A stretch of DNA of 64,000 nt, taken from contig NC_086097.1 in assembly GCF_963921235.1 (NCBI RefSeq), positions 214,274,001 to 214,338,000 on the forward strand. The letters run 5' to 3'. The translations under genes were made by a program, and so were the position numbers. Below the pieces are notes generated by a model, which worked only from the letters and a program-made list of their open reading frames with translations, was not told the origin of the DNA and made no database searches. Source of the DNA: Mobula hypostoma (lineage: Eukaryota). Of this stretch, positions 1-12,769 are shown piece after piece (position 1 is the first letter of the stretch; every line of letters starts with the position of its first letter).

Positions 1-360
1 ACTCTCCACCTCTTACTCTCTTTTTATCCATAATGGAGCAAACAACTTTGTTATCTTTTTCTTCCTTGTCCCCTATATCTTTGGTCTGAGTGCTCCTGAT
101 CTCTGTCCCCTGTCTATCCTCCCTCCCACACTGTCTACAAGCTTTCTAGCTTTCTCTATTTGTGAACTAACCTTCTCTCTCCTAGTCTCTTTAATTTGAT
201 TCCCACCCCCCAACCACTCTAGTTTAAAGTCACCTCAGTAGCCCTCACAAACCTCCCCGCCAGGATATTGGTCCCCCTAGGATTCTAGTGTAACCCGTCC
301 TTTTTGTACAGGTCACACCTGCACCAAAAGAGGTCCCAATGATCCAAAAACTTGAATCCC
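1..360 (-). mobile_element. CR1 LINE fragment: end of ORF1 (SGNH-esterase-like) plus inter-ORF region
   Basis: Minus strand reads GFKFLDHWDLFWCRCDLYKKDGLH*NPRGTNILAGRF, the DGLH block of the CR1 ORF1 esterase. Confidence 0.75.
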
Positions 361-361
361 C

Positions 362-635
362 ATCTTGCCCCATCACTAAAATGTTCCCGCAATCATTGGA
401 CCCACTTTCAAGAACTCCAATTCAAGTTCTCAATATTTATTGCTTATTTATTTATATATTATTTGTTTTGTATTTGCACTATTTATTGTCTTTTGCATAT
501 TGGTTGCTTGTCCATCCTGTTGGGTGTGGTCTTTCATTGATTCTATTCTGGTACTTGGATTTACTGAGTATGCCCGCAAGAAAGAAAACAAATCTCAGGG
601 ATGTATATGGTGACATATATGTACTTTCATAATAC
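362..635 (+). mobile_element. Rex1/Babar (L2-group) LINE 3' UTR fragment
   Basis: Same AT-rich 3' UTR recurs at 39300-39590 (+) and 21535-21830 (-), where it follows RT C-terminal sequence. Confidence 0.6.
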
Positions 636-638
636 GTT

Positions 639-3335
639 TTAAACATAGAACAGTACAACACAATACAGGCCCTTCAGCCCACAATGTTGTGTATCTGCCT
701 CCACCACTGACTCAGGCAGTGCATTCCACGCACCAACCACTCTCTGACTAAAAAATCTTCCTCTAATATCCCCCTTGAACTTCCCACCCCTTACCTTAAA
801 GCCATGTCCTCTTGTATTGAGCAGTGGTGCCCTGGGGAAGAGGCGCTGGCTATCCACTCTATCTATTCGTCTTATTATCTTGTACACCTCAATCATGTCT
901 CCTCTCGTCCTCCTTCTCTCCAAAGAGTAAAGCTCTAGCTGCCTTAATCTCTGATCATAATGCATACTCTCTAAACCAGGCAGCATTCTGGTAAATCTCC
1001 TCTGTACCTTTTCCAATGCTTCCACATCCTTCCTATAGTGAGGTGACCAGAACTGGACAGAGTACTCCAAGTGTGGCCTAACCAGAGTTTTATAGAGCTG
1101 CATCATTACATCGCGACTCTTAAACTCTATCCCTTGATTTATGAAAGCTAACACCCCATAAGCTTTAACTACCCTATCCACCTGTGAGGCAACTTTCAGG
1201 GATCTGTGGACATGTACCCCCAGATCCCTCTGCTCCTCCACACTACCAAATATCTTGCCATTTACTTTATACTCTGCCTTGGAGTTTATCCTTCCAAAGT
1301 GTATCACCTCACATTTCTCCGGTTTGAACTCCATCTGCCACTTCTCAGCCCACTTCTGCATCTTATCAATGTCCCTCTGCAATCTTCGACAATCCTCTAC
1401 ACTGTCTACAACACCACCAACCTTTGTGTCGTCTGCAAACTTGCCAACCCACCCTTCTACCCCCACATCCAGGTCGTTAATAAAAATCACAAAAAGTAGA
1501 GGTCCCAGAACAGATCATTATGGGACACCACCAGTCACAATCCTCCAATCTGAATGTACTCCCTCCACCACGACACTCTGCCTTCTGCAGGCAAGCCAAT
1601 TCTGAATCCACCTGGCGAAACTTCCCTGGATCCCATGCCTTCTGACTTTCTGAATAAGTCTACCATGTGGAACCTTGTCAAATGCCTTACTAAAATCCAT
1701 ATAGATCACACCCACTGCACCACCCTCATCTATATGCCTGGTCACCTCCTCAAAGAACTCTATCAGGCTTGTTAGACGCAATCTGCCCTTCACAAAGCCA
1801 TGCTGACTGTCCCTGATCAGACCAAGATTCTCTAAATGCCCAGAGATCCTATCTCTAAGAATCTTTTCCAACAGCTTTCCCACCACAGACGTAAGGCTCA
1901 CTGGTCTATAATTACCCAGACTATCCCTACCACCTTTTTTGAACAAGGGGACAACATTCGCCTCGCTCCAATCCTCCGGTACCATTCCCGTAGACAATGA
2001 GGACATAAAGATCCTAGCCAGAGGCTCAGCAATCTCTTCTCTCGCCTTGTGGAGCAGCCTGGGGAATATTCCATCAGGCCCCGGGGTCTTATCTGTCCTA
2101 ATGTATTTTAACAACTCCAACACCTCCTCTCCCTTAATATCAACATGCTCCAGAACATCAACCTCACTCATATTGTCCTCACCATTATCAAGTTCCCTCT
2201 CATTGGTGAATACCGAAGAGAAGTATTCATTGAGGACCTCGCTCACTTCCACAGCCTCCAGGCACATCTTCCCACCTTTATCTCTAATCGGTCCTAACTT
2301 CACTCCTGTCATCCTTTTTTTCTTCACATAATTGAAGAATGCCTTGGGGTTTTCCTTTACCCTACTCGCCAAGGCCTTCTCATGCCCCCTTCTTGCTCTT
2401 CTCAGCCCCTTCTTAAGCTCCTTTCTTGCTTCCCTATATTCCTCAATAGACCCATCTGATCCTTGCTTCCTAAACCTCATGTATGCTGCCTTCTTCCACC
2501 TGACTAGATTTTCCACCTCACTTGTCACCCATGGTTCCTTCACCCTACCATTCTTTATCTTCCTCACTGGGACAAATTTATTCCTAACATCCTGAAAGAG
2601 ATCTTTAAACATCGACCACATGCCCATAATACATTTCCCTGCAAAAACAACATCCCAATTCACACCCGCAAGTTCTAGCCTTATAGCCTCATAATTTGCC
2701 CCTCCCCAATTAAAAGTTTTCCTGTCCTCTCTGATTCTATCCTTTTCCATGATAATGCTAAAGGCCAGGGAGCAGTGGTCACTGTCCCCCAGATGGTCAC
2801 CCACTGAGAGATCTGTGACGTGACCCATTTCATTACCAAGTACTAGATCTAGTATGGCATTCCCCCTAGTTGGCCTCTCCATATACTGTAACAGGAATCC
2901 ACCCTGGACACACTTAACAAACTCTACCCCATCTAAACCCTTGGAACTAATCAGGTGCCAATCAATATTAGGGAAGTTAAAGTCACCCATGATAACAACC
3001 CTGTTATTTTTGCACCTTTCCAAAATCTGCCTCCCAATCTGCTCCTCGGTATCTCTGCTGCTACCAGGGGGCCTATAGAATACTCCCAGTAGAGTAGCTG
3101 CTCCTTTCCTGTTCCTGACTTCCACCCATACTGACTCAAAAGAGGATCCTGCTACATTACCCACCCTTTCTGTAGCTGTAATAGTATCCCTGACCAGTAA
3201 TGCCACCCCTCTTCCCCTCCCCCACCCACCCTCTATCCCTTTTAAAGCACTGAAATCCAGGAATATTGAGAATCCATTCCTGCCCTGGTGCCAGCCAAGT
3301 CTCTGTAATTGCCACTACATCATAATTCCATGTAT
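639..3335 (-). mobile_element. CR1 LINE ORF2 (APE endonuclease + reverse transcriptase), near-complete, inactivated
   Basis: ORFs 3157-3426, 1518-3206, 639-1490: ITETW, YRPP, MGDFNFP, SDH, PGPDG, YMDFSKAFDKVPH, FADD, LVRPHLEY; two adjacent stops at the PQGS motif, frameshift near 3210, deletion near 3' end. Confidence 0.97.
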
Positions 3336-3621
3336 TTACTTTGAACTTTGATCTTCTATCTGTCCTAAAGCCAGCTATGATATGATAGGTTCTGAGAAAA
3401 ACTTTAGTCAAGCAATAATTCACCACTTCTTCAGCAATAGATAGTTAGGACCTTGACATTTAGCCTTTTTAGACTATCAGCTATCTACACAGGATTTTCA
3501 GTCATGATGCTATTTACCTCTTTTCAATCTTTAAGGAGCCACCATCAGCTGTGTACAGTTTTGAAAAAATAATCAATATGTGTAGTTTCAGGTTTTGAAG
3601 AATCTCATGCTTTCTGCCTCA

Positions 3622-6600
3622 TCATCATCAGGTGCCGTGCCGATTTTGTGCTTTGACTGCCATGGCTCACACACTCCTGTTTCGGGTCAAGTGGATCAAT
3701 TCATTGGTATTCATTTCCAGTTCTCTGGCTGCTGTCTCCATCATCATTTCTCTTAGCCTTCCTCTTGCTTTCTTCCGTTCAATCTTTCCCATAATTTCCA
3801 TGCATTCTAACTCCTCTTTCCTAATCACATGGCAATGAAGTCACATGGCCTTTTCATGATGTCATACATTATTTCTCTTTTTGTGTTTGCTCTATTCATG
3901 ACATCCTCGTTAGATAATCGTTTCATCCACGATATTCTTTGTATCCTCCTCAAAAACCACATCTCTGCTGCTTCAATTTGTTTCCTCATGTTACTAGATA
4001 TTGTCCAACATTCTGAGCCATATAACATAACTGGATAAACGTAACATTTCAGTACTCTGAGGCAGGTTGTCATGCCTAGTTTAGTATTGGTCAGTATACT
4101 CTTCATTTTCGTAAAGGTGTCTTTTGCCATCCCTATTCTTCTTTTGATGTCCATGTCGCACCTGTCATCTGATGTCACCCAGCTTCCTAAGTAGCAAAAG
4201 TTCTGTACTTGTTTTATGTCTTCCCCGTTTATCCTCAGCCTGCAGATAGGATTCTCCTTCTTTTTGGATATCACCATACATTCTGTCTTTTTGCAATTGA
4301 TAGACAGATCCATTTTTGCACTTTCTTCAACAACTATATCAATTAAGTTTTGTAGTTCTTCCTCCGCACTTGCAATTAACACAGTGTCATCTGCCTATCT
4401 GAAATTATTGATGTTTTCACCACCAACTTTGATAAATAAGATGTCTCTTATATTTTGTAATATTGTTTCACTGTACACTTTAAATAAATCAGAGGAGAAA
4501 ACACACCCTTGTGTAATGCCTCTCTTGATTTTCGTAAACTGACTCACTTCTCCATCTATTTTTACAGCAGCAGTTTGTTCCTAGTACAGATTTCTGATTA
4601 GGCAGAGGTCTTGCGAATCTAGATCTAGAGTTCTCTGTAATATTTCAAATAACTTATTGTGCTTCATTTTATCAAATGCTTTTGTGTAGTCAATAAAACA
4701 AACAAATCTTTTTGCACTTGAATAGCTCGTTCTGATAGTGTCCTTAACATCAATATTGTGTTTCTTGTACCTTTGTCTTTCACAAAACCATATTACCTAT
4801 TTCAGCTTGTACCTCACTTTTAGCTCTTGTCATCAAAATTCTTGGAAGTATCTTGGTGATATGACTCAATAAACTTACGGTCCTATGCAATTCACATTCT
4901 GTTGCTCCAGGTTTCTTAGGAAGAGGATAAATACTGATTTTTTCATCTCTTCTGGTATTATTCCAGTCTCATAAATGTCATTGATTAAATCAGTAAGTTT
5001 TTCAATTCCATAATCTTCAAGGACGATAATTTGTTCTATTACTAATTCATCAGGACCTGTTGCCTTTCCTTTCTTCATCTTACTTATTTCATTACGAACT
5101 TCAGATTTTAAAATACTTGGACCTTCAATGTTTTTCTTAATTTCTGGTTTCTTGCCTCGATCGTCTTCCAACAATTCCTGAATATACTCAGTCCATCTGT
5201 TTCCATGATAATGTTACCATCCTTTGCTTTCAAACATCCACCTGAAGAAGAGGAGCTTTTTACCAGTGATATTCTTGATTTGTTGATGTAACCTTTCCAG
5301 ATCAGTAATAGGGATTCTTTCTAATTGCTCACATTCCTGGTTTAACCATTCTTCTTTGGCTTTTTGACATAAGCTTTTGACTTTTTTTTAATCTAAGGAC
5401 TTATATTCTATAGGATTTGCTTTCTTCCATCTCCTTTCTTCTATTAGATTCTTGATTTCATCTGTCATCCATTTATTCTTTGTGCTTTTTCCTTTTTTAG
5501 GAATCACTGACTTTGCTAATTTTACCAAGGCATCCCTTAGAGAGTTAAACTTCATTTCTTCATGATTGCTATTATCTTCCACAGATTCTATTTCTAGACT
5601 TTGAAATCTATTCCTTACTTCAATTGTAAATTTTTGTCTTAAGTTTTCTTCTTTAATTAATTGCGAGTAGTCAAGGGATTGTACAGGTTTTTGCTTTAGT
5701 TTTTTTTAAGTTTTACTCTTACATGACATATTACTGGGTTATGGTCACTATTACAGTCTGCTCCTGGATATGGTTTGCATTGAGTCACTGAGTTTCTAAA
5801 TCTTTGGTTTATAGTAAAAAAAAAAGTCAATTTGATTTCTGGTGTTATCACCTGGACTTTTCCAGGCCCACAAGCAGAATGTTTTTTAAAGTAGGTATTC
5901 ATAATGACCTGATTATTCATCTTGCACCATTCTACCCATTTCTCTCCTCTTTCATTTCTTTCGCCTAGTCCAAATTTCCCTATGGTATTTCCATCAGTAC
6001 CTTGTCCTACTTCAGCATTTAGATCTCCCGTGACAATAACAATATCTTGAGATTTGCATCCATTCTTTGCTTGTTCAAACTCTTCATAGAATGTATATCC
6101 TCATTTGTTCCATCTGTTCCACCTGTGTAATTGCTAAATCAAATGGTTGTCCCCTGAATCTAACAAGGAGCACTCTTTCTGATATTGCCCAATGTCCTAA
6201 GATACTTTTTGCCATGTTTTCATCCATAAGAATTCCTACTCCATTAGTATGGGTTGTTCCGCAAGAATAAATTAGTGCTCTATTTCTATTCTGACATGTT
6301 CCAGCACCTATCCAAAGAACTTCGCTAATTCCCATGATGTTAATCTTTAGTGTTTCCATTTCATTTATCACATTGTCCAATCTTCCTGCTTGATATAGGG
6401 TTCTTACATTCCAAGTGACAATAACTTTCTTTTGTGTTACTTCAGTTTTATGAGCAGTAGCTTGACGATGGTCGGGGATCCCCTGCTGACCAGATCAACC
6501 TTATTGAGCAAAGCATCTTCAGAATTGTCTTGAAGATCCTCTAGACGCTGTTGTTGTGCGATACATTTTGTCAGTTTGACCATGGTTTTCTTAGCAAATA

Positions 6601-6957
6601 GATTCTAGGAAACCCTTTTATCCAGCAACGGTGGTTTGCTATTGCCTTCCGTTGGGCGAACAAAAGAAATCGTCATTTCTCTTTGAAATGTTCATCCGCC
6701 TGTACTATAGCCGTTGACATTTGAGGTCCTAGTTCATCCACCTTCTCCGTCACAAGTTCAGTTACTAAACCTACTGGATCCGCTGTTGGCCTTCGCTTGA
6801 ATCCTGAGCAGGAACCCTTGCAGGTGCTACCATTCCGGGTCAGAGTCACCCCGGGAGCAATGAATGGCTCAGGGGTAACTCCACTTTCCCCGAACCTCTG
6901 AAAGTCCCCAGTCAGAGCCTCATCACCGGTTGCAGTTTAGAGTCACACCCAGGACAA
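3622..6957 (-). mobile_element. Full-length RTE-clade LINE, decayed ORF (endonuclease + RT)
   Basis: TWNVRTL, GISEV, GDLNA, SDHNPV, KATGPDE, DYTKAFD, ADDTVL, LYGSECWT; (TGA)n tail at 3622; 15-bp TSD atgctttctgcctca (3607-3621) / atgttttctgcatca (6958-6972). Confidence 0.95.
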
Positions 6958-7932
6958 ATGTTTTCTGCATCAAATCAATTATCGCAGACCTCATGATTAT
7001 CTTCTTCGTTTAGAGATACAGCATGGTAACTGACCTTTTGGCCCAACAGGCCTGCACAGCTCATTTACCCCCATGTGACCATTGCAGATGGTGAACATAA
7101 AACGAACAGTCTTTGTAAAGCACTCTCAACTTAAGAATTACTTAATTACTCAATTTTAAATTTGCTATCTGCAATGCCAAATTTCCAAATTAGCCAATAT
7201 ATAAGGCATCTACTTGATAACTGGGATAACTGCAGATAAAATTCACAGTTTTTGTTACATCATCAGCAAAGTATGCTCCAATTAATTAAATTAAGGAGGC
7301 CAAAAGTGCAAAATGCTGCCCCCCTGCAAAATACTGGCCTCTGACAATAAAAATCTATGGTGAGACCCTCAGAAATGTTGTCTACCTCTCAAATAGAAAT
7401 CACCTCTCAAAATGTAATGATTAACTTCACTTTGCCTTCAAAACATCAGCATAGCCTTTGGTTGAGTAGATGAAACCAAATTTGACCATAAATCTGACAC
7501 AAACTCCTTTGGACAGCAGTCATCCCAACTTGAAATATATTGCTGATACCTTGACTATGCACAGTTGAAGGCATTGGAATGACAGCACCAATGGCACCTC
7601 TGGAAAATCCTTCAAGTTCACTGTAAGGACAAGTGAATCAATTCAGTGGCCTCCCTGGGCCAACATCCCTCGCACCGAGGCCTGGTGGTAGTCACGGCAT
7701 TTAATTTGTAGGCCCAACACCAGACTCCCAAAATTCTAATCTATTGTGAACCCCATCAGGGAAGAGATGACTAGGGGAACATTAGAAAAAAATACAACAT
7801 TCCTGCTTACCTTTGAGATCTATTGGGTCCATTAGCCTTGAGAACCTTGAGCCCATGCATTGGCATGAAATGATTAAAAATGTTAATTTCAGAAAGTCAT
7901 GCCTCTTTGTTTGAAAGCTTCCATGGTCTCTT

Positions 7933-8165
7933 AACTCCACCATGTATGGTCTCAAACCCAGCTGCAGTTTGGGCATGGGACTAGTAACTCCATCCTGTAA
8001 AAACCTAGTGCTACAGTTGCACCAAAAGAAGCTTCAAGGACCTCAACCTTGGGAGAGGAAGGATTTTTGATGAGCTACAGCTGCAGACAACTTGAATGAC
8101 TACCCCAGGACAGAGAGGCCTGGTGAACGGCCTGTGCCCCACAAGGAGCGGTGGGCTTAACCAAG
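7933..8165 (+). mobile_element. Short non-autonomous RTE-derived element (SINE-like) with decayed twister-ribozyme head
   Basis: Head aactccacc..tggtctcaaacccag..ttgggcatggg; RTE-like 3' end ggcctgtgccccac..gggcttaa; TSD tggtctctt (7924-7932) / tagtccctt (8166-8174). Confidence 0.65.
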
Positions 8166-8424
8166 TAGTCCCTTGCTACTGCAACCCTGACAACATACAA
8201 ATCACTCCAAATGACACTTCATTCTATTACAGATGTCTCTAACCACTAAGGGTGGGTGAAGAAATCACTCAGACTACACGTCCAATAGGGTGGAGTAACA
8301 TAATGGGCTAAGTATACCTTTGCCAGAAAACAACCTATCCAAATCCACACTTGCCAGATCCTTTTTAATAGTAACCGATACAATCCCTTGGAAGTAGCTC
8401 TCTGAGAGCACTATACTATTAGTT

Positions 8425-9375
8425 CAGGTTCATAGAGTCACAGAAGACTAAACTCAGAAACAGGCCCTTCAGCCCATCTAGTCCATGCCAACCCATTTAA
8501 AGTGCTTAGTCCCATCGACACACCCGGACCATAGTCCTCCACACCCCTACCATCCATGTACTAACCAAACTTCTCACCACCCTCTGAGTGAAGAAGTACC
8601 CTCTCATGTTCCACTTAAACATTTCACCTTTCACCCCTTACCCATCACCTCTAGTTTTCATTTCACCAAACCTCAATAGAAAACACTTGTTTACATTTAC
8701 CCTAACTATAACCCTCGTAATGTTGTACCCCTCTATCAAATCTCCCCTCATTCTGCTATGCTCAAGACAATAAAGTCATATCGTATTCAAACTTTTCCTG
8801 TAACTCAGGCCCTCAAGTCCTGGCAACATCCTAATTGTCCAACTTAATTTGCACCAAGACAGCAAAAACCTTCTCCTCTGTAGTCTGTATAGGGTCCATG
8901 ACCTCGCTGCTGAACTTCCTCAAATCTATAGGTGCTGCGTCCACCTCCTGAGTAAATACAGACACAAAAAATCTGTTGAAGATCTCTTCCATCTTGTTCA
9001 GCCCAAGGCCAAATTTTGTCCCTTGCTATCCTTTTGCTTTTAATATATTTTTAAAAGCCCTTAGGATTCTCCTTCACTTTGACTGCTAGAACAACCTTAT
9101 ATTTTCTTTCAGCCCTCCTGATTTTTTCCCAAGTATTCTCTTGTATTTCTTATACTCCTCAAGTACCTCATTTGTTCCTGTCTGCCTATACCTGCTATGC
9201 ACCTCTTTCTTTATCTTAAACAGGGCCTCAACATCTCCTGAGCAAAAAAAAGTCCATAAACCTCTTATCCTTACCTTTTATTCTGAGAGGAATACACAAA
9301 CTCTATACTCTCAAAATTTCATTTTAGAAGGCCTCTCATTTACTAAGTACATCTTTGACAGAAAACAACCTGCAA
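8425..9375 (-). mobile_element. CR1 LINE fragments (3' end joined to EN-RT linker; internally deleted)
   Basis: CR1 3' UTR and LRGDLIE-type sequence at 8430-8830; KENPK-like linker at ~9060-9080, homologous to 2330-2600. Confidence 0.75.
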
Positions 9376-9447
9376 CCTGTAAAGCTACAAACACAAAAGA
9401 CTTTCTTGAGAAACAGGTCACAAATTTTATTTGCTGAAGAGTAAGTG

Positions 9448-9568
9448 TCTGTCTGTCTGTCTGTATCTTGTTTTACGGCTGTTGGCATCCAGCTTAATGG
9501 TGCATTACCGCCACCCTCTGCTCCAGAATGTGCACTGGACATACATTCTAAATCCCTTCACCCAATCT

Positions 9569-9604
<36 letters not shown>

Positions 9605-9698
9605 AACCTACACTTCACCCTTCCATCTTTGACCATCCTAGTATCCTATTCCTGTTTATTCGTCATATTCTATAAAAAAAACCCTGTACCCCTTAAAA
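9448..9698 (-). mobile_element. 3' end of an I/Nimb-like LINE with (CAGA)n tail and internal (TG)n
   Basis: Minus: FLRGTGFFYRI* then ggtggcggtaatgcaccattaagctggatgccaacagccgtaaaa; TSD aagagtaagtg (9437-9447) / aagtgtaagtg (9699-9709). Confidence 0.6.
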
Positions 9699-9721
9699 AA
9701 GTGTAAGTGATTTACTGATGA

Positions 9722-10945
9722 TAATATTTGAATGCTGTTAATTGGGCCATTGATTAATCTGGGTGGCCACTAATTTAGGAAAATGCTTATAGAACAAAAA
9801 CTAATTGAGAAAATTGCTGGGATTCCCTTCATTTATTTGGCTATGCCATTAATTGGAGGAGAAGACTGTTGCCAACTAGCTTCTAACTATTGTCAGATGT
9901 GTGTACTTGTAAGGTTGTTAGACACTACACTGTGCTTAGAGCGAACAGTTTTAAAATAGTGCCAGTCGGTTGCGCTTCTGTTTAAAAGGCAATGATGTTT
10001 GTCACTGTTATTTGATGAGAAGTAAGTAGTAAGACAATTCAGAACTGTGTTGCTCACTGCAGTTTTAAGTATTAGGCTTGGAGGTGCCAGTAATGGATGG
10101 AAGTGAAAATGAAAAGATTTCATTACTTCATTACTTAGGAACTATGAAGAATTTGAAGGTATTAATAATCATCTTTAATGTTACAATTAAAAAGGAGGAT
10201 GCAATTGTCAAAACTTGTACACAGGCACTAGGAGTCTGTGCTAATTTTGTTCATTTACAGTCAATCGAAAGAACACAGCAGTATACATAGAGTTCTCATC
10301 TGTTGCTCCAAAGAGCTGTTTAATGTGACAGTGGGCACACCCTAGTACACCACTTCAACAGGTGGGCTAAACTAGGTGAGGGTAGCTGGAGGCCTTTATA
10401 CCCTGGAGAGATAGGGCCATGCTTGTCCTAGCAGGCAAGGTCAGCTCCAGCAGACTGGAGATAAGATTTACAGTAAGATCCAATGGCCAGCATAGCAGTT
10501 CTGCAACACTCTGTAGAGAACGAAGGGCATGATGAGGCACAGAAGTCATGGTCAACCACTGCAAACAAGGAACCCCAGTTGTGATGATCTTTGTACCACT
10601 GGACCCAGACTTCTGAGACCAAGTGAGTGGAATTGCCCTTGTGCAACAGCATTTCCACTTTAAAAACTCCCCCGCACAGGTTTCCTGCTATTTTCAGAAA
10701 TGATGGACAACCACCAAACCAACGTTTAGGAACTAATGCCCAGCTTTATCATACTGTAGTAGTATTGATAGTGTGCTAATTTGTGCTATATTTCATTTTA
10801 ATACATAGTTTGTTCCAAAATTAAATGGTGGTTGGTCTTTTTTTTTATATCTTTTTGACTATTTCCATGACATTTCGGCTAATTGGGACAGTTGCTTAAA
10901 TGGGCCAGGTCCCAATGTTTCCCAATTAACGGGAATCTATTTTGT
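9722..10945. mobile_element. Degenerate Tigger/pogo-like non-autonomous DNA transposon, interrupted by a SINE
   Basis: Inverted ends gttaattggg (9736) / cccaattaac (10921) with subterminal aattggg repeats; ends near TA. Confidence 0.4.
10295..10718 (+). mobile_element. Non-autonomous element derived from an RTE 5' UTR
   Basis: GC-richer block with ggctaaactaggtgagggtagc, accactggacccagac and tttaaaaactcccccgcacagg motifs recognised from RTE 5' regions; (acc)n-like tail. Confidence 0.5.
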
Positions 10946-11418
10946 ATATATGTGGTGACAGAGCATAATGTGCCTGGCAGCCCTGGCTTTAGTTTCATAA
11001 TATTTAGACATTTCAACTATTATAAACCTGCCAGTAACCGACTTTATATATTTGTGTGTTTTATCAACAAACCTTAGATTAAGAAATATGCCAAGAAGGC
11101 ACCTTAGTTGAATTCCAATGTGTGAGCTTGTGCTGATGAATTAATGGGATTATACTAAAGCTGACAAACATATCTCAATGACCTCTGACAAAGTGGCTAC
11201 CAGTATGCTTTTGAAATCATAGGTGACATCATAATTATATGTTAACAGTACATAATTAAGGAATCATACATTGTGTCATAAATGTAGGATATTCATCCTA
11301 CGTTTTCTGAACAAGATCACTATTCCACTATTCTATTTCCTGACCCTTTTAAAGATTTTCTTCTATCCACCTCCATTTTAAAAATATATTTAGGATTCTT
11401 CTCCCAGTATTGTCCATA

Positions 11419-11737
11419 CCTCCAAGAGGACCACAACATTGTCATGGTATGAAGACTCGTGTGCCTCAATGACCCAGAGAGCTATGCTGGCTGGAGTCAG
11501 GGCTTTATACTTTGGATCTTGCTAGGGTAACCATGCTAAACAGGTCAAAGGGTAGAGGCCAGGCTGAGAGTGGTTCACCAGTCCCCCAGGTTCAGGGGTT
11601 CAGCTCAGAACAAAAACCCTGATTGATCAAACAAGGAAACAGCAATGAAGAATCCTTCTACATCTGAATGACCAAGGACAGACACAGATAGAGAACCTTC
11701 ATTGCTGCCCTAAACGCCAGCAACATAATGAACAATA
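11419..11737 (+). mobile_element. Bipartite RTE-derived SINE, copy 1
   Basis: Homologous to 15113-15528; RTE-type 5' UTR plus RTE 3' end (ttcattgctgcccta); imperfect TSD agtattgtccata (11406-11418) / agtattccccgta (11738-11750). Confidence 0.75.
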
Positions 11738-12044
11738 AGTATTCCCCGTAGTTGGCCATCCTAAGTTCTAACAACCTTAAACAAAAAAAAACTTCAAACT
11801 TCTTTGATTCCTTGATCATGATTTCTTATTTATGTCTACTAATTATCAGCTGGTATGTCATGAGTAGTCTTTCAAAGGTTCATAAAGTCATAGAGTTAAA
11901 TAGCACAGAAACAGGGCTTTCATCCCAATTCATCCAGGCCAACCTAGGTGACTATCTAAGCTAATCTTATTTGCCTGCATTTGACTGACATCTCTCCTAA
12001 TTGTTCCCATCAGTGTCAATTCTTTTTAAAATTGTAATTGTATC

Positions 12045-12700
12045 AGAATTAGAGTCAGTATTAGGTTTATTATCACTGACAAATATCATGAAATTTGTTG
12101 TTTTGTGGCAGCAGTGTAGAGCAAGACATAAAATTACTGTAAGTTGCAATAAGAAATATATTTAAAAAAAGTAACTCGTGCAAAAAGAGACTATTCAGAA
12201 ATCTGATGGCAGTGGGGAAGGAGCTGTTCACAAAATATTGAGCGTGTATTCTTAGGTTTCTGTACCTCCTCCCTGATGGTAGCATGAGAAGAGGTCATAT
12301 TGTGGGTGGTGGGGTCCTTAGTGAATGATGTTGCCTTCTTAAGGCAACACCTTTTGAAGATCTTCTCAGTGGTGGGCATGATGAAGTTGCCTGAGTCTAC
12401 AACCCTCTGATGCTCCTTATGATCCTGTGCATTAGCAGAAGGTGCCAATGCACAGTCAGAATACTCCCCACATTACATCAATAGAAATTTGCTCGAGTCT
12501 TTGTTGATACACCAAATCTCATCAAACTCCTAATGATGTATAGCCACTGGCATGCCTTTGTTGTGATTGCATCAATATGGTATGCCCTTTGAGATGCCGA
12601 TGCCCAAGAACTTGAAACTGCTCAGATTTTCCATCCCCAACATGATGACGGCCAGACCGCTCTTCTCCAAACTTCCCCTTCATGGTCAATTTCTTGTGTC
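12045..12700 (-). mobile_element. Rex1/Babar-type LINE 3' fragment
   Basis: LPSGRRYR and NSSFPTAIRFLN RT C-terminal motifs plus 3' UTR. Confidence 0.8.
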
Positions 12701-12769
12701 TGACTACATGCAGATACGTCTCAAACTAATCTTCAGGAAAATCTAAAGTTATGATTACGTCTTTTTCCC

